This document shows positions 17,636 to 24,000 of a stretch of 24,000 nt of DNA, in pieces. Within the stretch, counting starts at the first letter, position 1; each line of letters begins with the position of its first letter. The position numbers and the translations under genes were made by a program. The notes under the pieces were generated by a model. It did no database searches, was not told where the DNA came from, and saw only the letters and a program-made list of their open reading frames with translations. The DNA is from Aestuariivirga sp. (GTDB taxonomy: Bacteria; Pseudomonadota; Alphaproteobacteria; Rhizobiales; Aestuariivirgaceae): assembly GCA_965279345.1 (NCBI GenBank), contig CBDIHN010000003.1:468172-492171 (forward strand), in the 5' to 3' direction.

Positions 17636-18868
17636 ATGCTCTATAATCTCTACGAGATGAACCACGCTGCCCTCGTGCCGTGGCGTGCGGCGGCGGATAT
17701 GGGCCTGAATTTTTGGCAGAACCCGGTCAACCCATGGAGCTCCACCAGCACCGCCCGGGCCGTAAGCGCTTCGCTCGAACTCTTTGAGCGCGCCACCCGC
17801 CGCTTTGCAAAGCCCTCCTTCGAACTGAAGGAAACAACCGTGGGCGGCGTCACCGTCGGCCTCAGCGAACAAATTCTTCTGCACAAGCCCTTCGTCTCGC
17901 TCCTGCATTTCAGCAAGGTCTGGCCTGAAAAGATTAAGGTGAAGTCCCAGCCGAAGCTTCTGATCGTGGCGCCGATGTCCGGCCACTATGCCACCCTGCT
18001 GCGCGGCACCGTCGAAGCCCTGCTGCCCCACTTCGATGTTTACATTACCGACTGGGCCGATGCCCGCACCGTTCCCGTGTCGATGGGAAAATTCGATCTC
18101 GAGGATTACGTCGATCACGTCATCGAAATGCTCCAGGTCCTGGGCGGCAATATCAATGTCATGGCCGTGTGCCAGCCTTCGGTTCCGGTCATGGCCGCCG
18201 TGGCCCTGATGAATGCTCGGGATGACAAGAATACGCCGAAAAGCATGATCCTCACGGGCGGTCCCATCGATACGCGCCGCAATCCCACCGCCGTCAACAA
18301 GCTGGCGAAGGAAAAGGGTTCCGATTGGTTCCGCCAGAATGTGATCATGAAGGTGCCGTTTCCCCATGCGGGCTTCATGCGTGATGTCTATCCCGGCTTC
18401 CTGCAATTGACCGGATTCATGACGATGAATCTCGACCGTCACATGGATGCCCACCGCCAGCTCTTCTGGCACCTCGTTGAGGGCGATGATGAGAGCGCCG
18501 AAAAGCAGGAAGTTTTCTACGATGAATACATGTCGGTCATGGACCTCACGGCAGAGTTCTATTTGCAGACCGTGGACCGTGTCTTCGTCAACCATGATCT
18601 GCCGAACGGTTCCTACATGCATCGCGGAATCCTGGTTGATCCGTCAAAAATCACCAAGACAGCGCTGCTGACAGTTGAAGGCGAGCGTGATGACATTTCC
18701 GGCGTCGGCCAGACCGAAGCCGCCCATGACCTGTGTTCAAACCTGCCGCAGGAAAAGAAACGCCACCACCTGCAGCTCGGTGTCGGCCACTATGGCGTGT
18801 TCAGCGGCTCGCGCTTCCGCAAGGATGTTGTGCCAATGATGGTGGATTTTGTGAGCGCCAGCGCCTGA
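17636..18868 (+). CDS. phaZ: Intracellular polyhydroxyalkanoate (PHB) depolymerase
   Basis: 410 aa. The N-terminus MLYNLYEMNHAALVPWRAAAD and the overall pattern (...LLIVAPMSGHYATLLRGTVE...VMAVCQPSVP...) match the intracellular PhaZ family as I recall it (TIGR01849-like). Confidence 0.88.
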   Translation: MLYNLYEMNHAALVPWRAAADMGLNFWQNPVNPWSSTSTARAVSASLELFERATRRFAKPSFELKETTVGGVTVGLSEQILLHKPFVSLLHFSKVWPEKIKVKSQPKLLIVAPMSGHYATLLRGTVEALLPHFDVYITDWADARTVPVSMGKFDLEDYVDHVIEMLQVLGGNINVMAVCQPSVPVMAAVALMNARDDKNTPKSMILTGGPIDTRRNPTAVNKLAKEKGSDWFRQNVIMKVPFPHAGFMRDVYPGFLQLTGFMTMNLDRHMDAHRQLFWHLVEGDDESAEKQEVFYDEYMSVMDLTAEFYLQTVDRVFVNHDLPNGSYMHRGILVDPSKITKTALLTVEGERDDISGVGQTEAAHDLCSNLPQEKKRHHLQLGVGHYGVFSGSRFRKDVVPMMVDFVSASA

Positions 18869-19620
18869 TGGCCGGCCTGCTTCGCAAATTTGTGAAAGCA
18901 TGGTCAGAAACTCCGGTCGAACCCTACGCGATCATTATTGACGGCCAGCCCGTCATCGTGAATTTCCGCCGCAACAGCCGGGCCAAGCGTATTATTCTGC
19001 GCCTCACGCGCGACGCCACTGGTATCGCCGTGACAATCCCGAAAAACATGAACGCTGCCCGGGCCCAGGCTTTTGTCGAGAAGTCGGTTCCGTGGATTTC
19101 AAAACATCTCAAGCAGCGCGCCCCAAAAACAGTTCTAGGTCCCGGCTCTGTTATTCCGCTGCGCGGCATTCCCCACGAGGTCCACGCCACCACGGCGCGC
19201 CGCGGCCTCATCACCCTTGATCCCGATACGCGCCGCATTCTTGTGCCCGGCGATCCCCGCCATTTGAGCCGCCGCCTGCAGGATTGGCTGAAGGCCCAGG
19301 CCAAGGCCGACCTCACCGAAGCTTCCGCCCGCTACGCAAAATCCATGGCCGTTGATTTCAAGCGGATTTCGATCCGTGACCAGAAAAGCCGCTGGGGCTC
19401 GTGCTCCGCAGCAGGCGACCTCTCCTACAATTGGCGCCTGATCCTGGCTCCAAGCCATATCCTGGACTATGTCGCAGCCCACGAAGTGGCCCATCGTCAG
19501 CACATGAATCACGGGCCAAGGTTCTGGCGCCTCGTGCTGAAGCATTGCCCGCATGCTTCAACCGCCAAGCATTGGTTCAAATCCAACGGCGCCGAACTGC
19601 ACCGCTTTACGGCCAATTAA
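18868..19620 (+). CDS. DUF45/YgjP-like (M48-related) zinc metallohydrolase
   Basis: 250 aa from ATG 18868, which overlaps the phaZ stop (TGATG). C-terminal motif RWGSCS...YNWRLILAP..ILDYVAAHEVAHRQHMNHGPRFW carries HExxH. The track's 295-aa version starts inside phaZ and is rejected. Confidence 0.8.
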   Translation: MAGLLRKFVKAWSETPVEPYAIIIDGQPVIVNFRRNSRAKRIILRLTRDATGIAVTIPKNMNAARAQAFVEKSVPWISKHLKQRAPKTVLGPGSVIPLRGIPHEVHATTARRGLITLDPDTRRILVPGDPRHLSRRLQDWLKAQAKADLTEASARYAKSMAVDFKRISIRDQKSRWGSCSAAGDLSYNWRLILAPSHILDYVAAHEVAHRQHMNHGPRFWRLVLKHCPHASTAKHWFKSNGAELHRFTAN

Positions 19621-21731
19621 TAAATCGAATTATTGTCGTTCTTGGACTGGCGCTTTCTCCGTTTCTCCGCCCGCGACTCATCGCTGCTGCCGAAAATGCG
19701 CTCAAAAAACCCCTTCTTGCGCGTTGGAGTCGCAAACTCCTCATCGCTTTCGTAGTCCATGCTCTCATCCTGAGAAACCAGATAGGGGTCAAGGTCTCCC
19801 GGTTGTTCTTCATTATAACCGGGCAGCGGCGCAGGCGACAGGTCGGCATGGGCCACCTCCATCACATCTTTCCAGATGGCAGCCGGGACTGAACCGCCCG
19901 TCACGGTTTTGGTGGGTGAATTATCATCATTGCCAAGCCAGACACCGGCCACCAGATAGCTTGAATAGCCGACAAACCAGGCATCCCGGTAATCCTGGCC
20001 GGTGCCGGTTTTGCCCGCGATATCGAAGCCGGGAATTTGCGCCTTCTTGGCCGTGCCTTCATTAACCACGGCGCGCATCATGGAGTTCATCGAACCCAGG
20101 TCGCGATTTGACATGGCCTGTCCCAAGCCATCGCCGCTGCGCTCATAAATCACTTGGCCGTCGCGCGTCACGATGCGGCGCACCGAAAAGGGCACAATGC
20201 TGTAGCCACCATTGGCAAAGGGCGTGAAAGCCGAGGTGAGCTCCAGAAGTGTGACTTCCGAAGTTCCCAGCGCAATCGAAGCGTCATTGCCAAGATGCGA
20301 GGTAATGCCAAGGCGGTGCGCCACGGCAACAACATTTTCCGGCCCTACACTGTTGGCCAGTTGGGCCGCAACACTATTGAGCGAAAGGGCCATCGCTGTC
20401 CGCAGCGTCACTTCGCCAAGATATTTTTGGTTGTAGTTTCCGGGCTCCCAGTTGCCGATGCGAATGGGCCGGTCATTGGCCAAGGACTCCGGCGTATAGC
20501 CCTGTTCCATTGCCGCCAGATAAACGAAGGGCTTGAAGGTTGAACCCGGCTGGCGCATGGCCTTGGTCACCCGGTTATATTGGCTGCGCTGGTAGGACTT
20601 GCCGCCGACCATGGCCTTGACTGCGCCAAATGTGTCCATGACCACCATGGCCCCTTGCGAAACCCTGAGCTTCTTGCCTTCTTCATTCAAATGCTTGCGC
20701 AGCGACCTTTCGGCGATGAGTTGAAGCTGCGGGTCGATGGTGGTTTCAACAATGATGGATTGACCATAATCTTTCACCAGCAACGGCAACTGCTCATTGA
20801 CCCAGTCCACTACATACTGTGTGGCCGGAACATAATCCGATGCCACGACGGTTGCCGGCGCATTGACGGCCTGGTCCGCCTCGCCTTGGCTGATGAAGTC
20901 CGCATCGACCATGGCATCAAGTACCAGGCTGGTGCGCGCCGCCGCCGCATCGGGATGCGCGATCGGACTGTAATTTGATGGCGCCTTGAGCACGCCCGCC
21001 AGCGTGGCCGCCTCGGTCAGGTTAAGGTCGGTGGCGGACTTGTGGTAGAAAACCTGTGCCGCCTTTTCGATGCCCGTGGCCCCCGAGCCATAATAGACGC
21101 GGTTGAGATAGAGCTGGAGGATATCATCCTTGGAAAATTTTGTTTCCAGCCAAAGCGCCAGCACCAGTTCCTGCGCCTTGCGGCTGTAGGTGCGCTCGGG
21201 CTTGAGAAAAAGATTCTTGGCAAGCTGCTGGGTAATGGTTGAGCCGCCTTGCACCACGCGGCCTGCGGTGAAATTTTCGTAAGCGGCACGCATCAGGCTT
21301 ACCGGATCAACCCCGAAGTGCGAGCGGAAGCGGTGGTCTTCAATGGCGATCAGGGCATTGGGCACATAGTCCGGAAGTTCCGAGACGCGCACCTGGTCGC
21401 CGAAGAATGCGCCCTGTTCCGAAAGCACCGTACCGTCTTCCGCCAGCAGCATGATGCCGGGTTGCAGTTCGGGTATCTGCAGAAGCCCCTTCTGGTTCAG
21501 CGAGAACCAGACATAGCCAAACATCGCCGCAAGGGCGATTGATCCGAGAACCGCGGACTTGAAGGCGAAGGAAAATAGCCAGCGGAGGAATGAGCGCCGC
21601 CGTCTTGGCTGCGGCTCTGAATCTTTTGCCCCGCGGCGTTTCTTGCGGTCAAAAAGCTGCGGCTCCCGCCGTTCACTGGGGGAGTGCCTTTTTCTGCCAC
21701 CGAATAGTCCCATCGTCGTCCCTTGCCCCAA
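19617..21731 (-). CDS. Bifunctional class A penicillin-binding protein (PBP1A family: GT51 transglycosylase + transpeptidase)
   Basis: 704 aa with a basic N-terminal tail and a TM anchor. GT51 motifs AIEDHRF, GGSTITQQLAKN and RKAQE. Transpeptidase motifs STFKP, SLN and KTGT. Acidic/basic low-complexity C-terminal tail. An alternative start lies at Met7 (21713). Confidence 0.92.
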   Translation of the reverse strand: MGQGTTMGLFGGRKRHSPSERREPQLFDRKKRRGAKDSEPQPRRRRSFLRWLFSFAFKSAVLGSIALAAMFGYVWFSLNQKGLLQIPELQPGIMLLAEDGTVLSEQGAFFGDQVRVSELPDYVPNALIAIEDHRFRSHFGVDPVSLMRAAYENFTAGRVVQGGSTITQQLAKNLFLKPERTYSRKAQELVLALWLETKFSKDDILQLYLNRVYYGSGATGIEKAAQVFYHKSATDLNLTEAATLAGVLKAPSNYSPIAHPDAAAARTSLVLDAMVDADFISQGEADQAVNAPATVVASDYVPATQYVVDWVNEQLPLLVKDYGQSIIVETTIDPQLQLIAERSLRKHLNEEGKKLRVSQGAMVVMDTFGAVKAMVGGKSYQRSQYNRVTKAMRQPGSTFKPFVYLAAMEQGYTPESLANDRPIRIGNWEPGNYNQKYLGEVTLRTAMALSLNSVAAQLANSVGPENVVAVAHRLGITSHLGNDASIALGTSEVTLLELTSAFTPFANGGYSIVPFSVRRIVTRDGQVIYERSGDGLGQAMSNRDLGSMNSMMRAVVNEGTAKKAQIPGFDIAGKTGTGQDYRDAWFVGYSSYLVAGVWLGNDDNSPTKTVTGGSVPAAIWKDVMEVAHADLSPAPLPGYNEEQPGDLDPYLVSQDESMDYESDEEFATPTRKKGFFERIFGSSDESRAEKRRKRQSKNDNNSIY

Positions 21732-21762
21732 GAGGCTCTATGCCTTTGATGGAGCTTATCAT

Positions 21763-21784
21763 TTAACCCTTGGTTAAGGGTTAA
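21763..21784. promoter_or_regulatory. TTAA-N7-TTAA motif (CtrA-box-like) embedded in a 9-bp inverted repeat, upstream of the PBP gene
   Basis: TTAACCCTTGGTTAAG (21763-21778) matches TTAA-N7-TTAA on both strands. The arms TTAACCCTT and AAGGGTTAA are separated by 4 nt. The site lies 32-53 nt upstream of the PBP ATG at 21731. Confidence 0.35.
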
Positions 21785-21824
21785 ACTCGGCGCGAAACAT
21801 GGTCCAATAATGACGGCGGCGGGA

Positions 21825-23360
21825 TTACATCACCGCGCCCACCTGCCAGGGCACATACTCATTGTCGCCATAGCCCAGCTCCTCGGACTTGGACTTTTCC
21901 CCGGAGGCGACTTTCAGGACCTTCTTGAAGATTTCCTGGCCCTTGTCGGCAATTGAAACGCCTTCGACGACATCCCCGCAATTGATGTCCATGTCCTCGA
22001 TCATGCGGTTGTAAACATCGGTATTTGTCGCGAGTTTGATGGATGGAACCGGTTTGCAGCCATAGGCCGAGCCGCGCCCCGTGGTGAAGCACAGCATGTT
22101 AGCCCCACCTGCCACCTGGCCGGTGGCGGATACCGGGTCATAGCCCGGCGTATCCATGAACACGAAGCCCTTGGCGGTCACCTGTTCGGCGTAGCGGTAA
22201 ACTGCTTCCAGCGTCGTGGTGCCGCCCTTTGCGGCCGCACCCAGGGACTTTTCCAAAATGGTGGAAAGCCCGCCCAGCTTGTTGCCGGGTGAGGGATTAT
22301 TGTTCATTTCCATCAGGTTACGTTTGGTATAGTCCTCCCACCAGTGAATGATGTCGACCAGTTTCTCGCCCACTTCGCGCGATGCAGCGCGGCGCGTCAG
22401 CAGGTGCTCCGCCCCATAGATTTCCGGTGTTTCGGAAAGAATGGCCGTGCCGCCCTGCCGGACCAAAAGGTCAACCGCCGCACCGAGCGCCGGATTGGCC
22501 GTAATGCCGGAATAGCCATCCGAGCCGCCGCATTGAAGCGCCAGGATTAGTTCCGAAGCATAGCATTTTTCGCGCTTCACATCGTTGACGTAGGGCAGCA
22601 TGGCCTTAACCGCTTCGACCCCGGCGGCCACCGTCTTGCGGGTTCCCCCCGTTTCCTGAATGGTCATCGTGCGGAAGGTGTTTCCTTCGACGATTCCATA
22701 GGCTTCCTTGAAGCGCGGGATTTGGAACCCTTCGCAGCCCAAGCCCACCATCATGACGCCGCCCATGTTCGGATTGGTGGCATAGCCCCAGGAGGTGCGT
22801 TTCAGCACATCGAAGATGGCCCCCCGGAAATCAATGACGCAGCCGTTGTCCATCTTGAGGGCGACAACCCCGTCGATATTTTTATAATCCTTGAGGATGC
22901 CGGAGCGGTTGACCTCCTCGGCGATGAATTTGGCAACCGTGGCCGAGCAATTCACGCTCGTCATGATGCCGATGTAATTGCGCGTCCCCACCTTGCCGTT
23001 GGCTCGCCTGAAACCTTGAAATGTTTCCTGTTTCTCAAGCGGCAAAACGTCGGTTTGGAAGGCCCCCTGGGCAAATGCATAGTCATGCGATAGCTCACCC
23101 ATGCCGATGTTGTGCTCATGGATCCACGCGCCCGCCGGAATATCAATCTTGGCGAAGCCGATGATTTGCCCGAATTTTTTGACCGGAGCGCCGGCCTTGA
23201 CGTTGGCTGCCGCCATCTTGTGGCCTTTGCCGATACGCTCGGAAGCAACAATATCTTCGCTGGTCAACGCTCCTTTTTCCACCGTGGTGATTGCCACAAC
23301 GACGTTATCAACAGCGTTGAGACGCAACATGTGCTGCTTTTGTAGTGGTTTATCGAGCAT
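21825..23360 (-). CDS. UxaA/GarD-family sugar-acid dehydratase (altronate/galactarate dehydratase-like)
   Basis: 511 aa. N-terminal SAF domain (DNVVVA...GHKMA...I.KFGQIIGFA...I..G.WIH.HN). Conserved VGTRNYIG, GLGCE, CGGSDG.SGITANP, NPSPGNK.GG..T..EKSLG and TTGRGS motifs shared with E. coli UxaA/GarD. Substrate not assignable from the sequence. Confidence 0.88.
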   Translation of the reverse strand: MLDKPLQKQHMLRLNAVDNVVVAITTVEKGALTSEDIVASERIGKGHKMAAANVKAGAPVKKFGQIIGFAKIDIPAGAWIHEHNIGMGELSHDYAFAQGAFQTDVLPLEKQETFQGFRRANGKVGTRNYIGIMTSVNCSATVAKFIAEEVNRSGILKDYKNIDGVVALKMDNGCVIDFRGAIFDVLKRTSWGYATNPNMGGVMMVGLGCEGFQIPRFKEAYGIVEGNTFRTMTIQETGGTRKTVAAGVEAVKAMLPYVNDVKREKCYASELILALQCGGSDGYSGITANPALGAAVDLLVRQGGTAILSETPEIYGAEHLLTRRAASREVGEKLVDIIHWWEDYTKRNLMEMNNNPSPGNKLGGLSTILEKSLGAAAKGGTTTLEAVYRYAEQVTAKGFVFMDTPGYDPVSATGQVAGGANMLCFTTGRGSAYGCKPVPSIKLATNTDVYNRMIEDMDINCGDVVEGVSIADKGQEIFKKVLKVASGEKSKSEELGYGDNEYVPWQVGAVM

Positions 23361-23404
23361 TTCTCACGACCTCTGGATGCAATTCACATAAAACTTGCGT
23401 TGCC

Positions 23405-23438
23405 TATTATTCATACTAACATGTTAGTATGAATAATA
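23405..23438. promoter_or_regulatory. Perfect 34-bp palindrome; candidate GntR/FadR-family operator in a divergent promoter region
   Basis: TATTATTCATACTAACA|TGTTAGTATGAATAATA has 17/17 complementary positions, checked base by base. It sits in the 68-bp gap between the dehydratase gene and the GntR gene and overlaps the predicted GntR ATG (23429). Confidence 0.6.
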
Positions 23439-24000
23439 CAGCGGTGAGTTTCGACATACCTACCCCGCCCCGGAAGGGTACCCGCGGCGGCGCTGGCGAT
23501 CATGTTTATCTGGTGTTACGGGAAGCCATTATTTCCCTTGAGCTCAAGCCTGGCCAGAGTCTCGACAAGCAGGTCTTCGTCGAGCGCTTCGGGGTTTCGC
23601 GCGCCCCCATCTATGATGCCTTCAACAGGCTTCAGGCCGAAGCCCTGGTTGATGTGGTTCCCCAGCGCGGAACCACGGTCAGCCTGATCAGGATTTCCGA
23701 TGCCCGCGAGAACATGTTCCTGCGCCGGGCCATTGAGGTGGAAGCGGTGCGGGCAGTTACTCGTAATTTCTCCGGCGGCCATCTTGAGGCGCTGAAACAA
23801 AACCTGCGTTATCAATCGGCCGCGGTCGCATCCGGTGACAAGATCGGCTTCCACCGTTTTGACCTGGAGTTTCATGCGGTGCTGTTTGAAGCCTTGGGCT
23901 TCGAACGGGTGAAGGCCTTTGCCGAAACCGCCAGACTTGGTCTCGACCGGGTGCGTCGCCTGCTCAATTCAAGACGCCGGCAGGAATTCACCCTGCAGGA
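23429..24000 (+). CDS. GntR-family (FadR/FCD-type) transcriptional regulator, partial (runs off the right edge)
   Basis: Manual translation gives MNNTAVSFDIPTPPRKGTRGGAGDHVYLVLREAIISLELKPGQSLDKQVFVERFGVSRAPIYDAFNRLQAEALVDVVPQRGTTVSLI... This has a GntR winged HTH followed by an FCD-like helical region (FHRFDLEFHAVLFEA). An in-frame alternative GTG lies at 23444. Confidence 0.85.
   Translation, partial: MNNTAVSFDIPTPPRKGTRGGAGDHVYLVLREAIISLELKPGQSLDKQVFVERFGVSRAPIYDAFNRLQAEALVDVVPQRGTTVSLIRISDARENMFLRRAIEVEAVRAVTRNFSGGHLEALKQNLRYQSAAVASGDKIGFHRFDLEFHAVLFEALGFERVKAFAETARLGLDRVRRLLNSRRRQEFTLQ

Noticed and set aside
17570-18622. 350-aa minus-strand ORF antisense to phaZ
   Set aside because: A shadow ORF. 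phaZ on the plus strand is the real gene, and there are no recognisable domains on the minus frame.
18733-18867. 45-aa N-terminal extension of the DUF45 gene overlapping the phaZ 3' end
   Set aside because: It would overlap phaZ by 135 nt. The ATG at 18868 gives the classic TGATG coupling and a normal-length DUF45 protein.
21763-21784. The inverted repeat read as a Rho-independent terminator for the uxaA-like gene
   Set aside because: On the minus strand the hairpin is AT-rich and is followed by ATGATAAGC, not a U-tract. It is kept only as a possible regulatory site (CtrA-like box).

Overview
The window looks like mostly ordinary chromosomal DNA from a high-GC alphaproteobacterium, probably Rhizobiales/Hyphomicrobiales. 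The evidence for that placement is the ActS/ActR-SenC module, a PdhS/DivJ/PleC-like PAS kinase, and a tRNA-His with no encoded G-1 and A73. Gene order, left to right: a partial Fe(III)-type ABC permease (-), a cytoplasmic multi-PAS histidine kinase (-), phasin phaP (+) and tRNA-His (+). Next comes an AT-rich non-coding stretch, then a complete kdp locus: a 27-aa ORF followed by kdpF-A-B-C-D-E (+). A degenerate copy of the tRNA-His 3' half follows. After it come aspA (-), an MmcB-like PD-(D/E)XK protein (+), actR and actS (-), senC/SCO (+), intracellular PHB depolymerase phaZ (+) coupled to a DUF45/M48-like metallopeptidase (+), a PBP1A-family bifunctional PBP (-), a UxaA/GarD-family dehydratase (-) and a divergent partial GntR/FadR regulator (+). 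I found no CRISPR array, IS element, integrase, toxin-antitoxin pair or recognisable defence system, and I cannot support a claim of a novel multi-gene system here. Five things deserve a second look. (1) The whole kdp operon sits on an ~8.6 kb segment bracketed by tRNA-His and a ~45-nt direct repeat of its anticodon-to-acceptor portion, which is an att-like signature of an integrase-less relic island. (2) A 14/15-identical TGC-rich motif, consistent with a PhaR operator, lies upstream of both phaP and phaZ. (3) A perfect 34-bp palindrome sits in the uxaA-like/gntR divergent region. (4) An unannotated 27-aa hydrophobic ORF and a KdpE-like direct repeat lie upstream of kdpF. (5) A TTAA-N7-TTAA (CtrA-like) box lies upstream of the PBP gene. 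All functional calls rest on my recognition of translated motifs, not on database searches.
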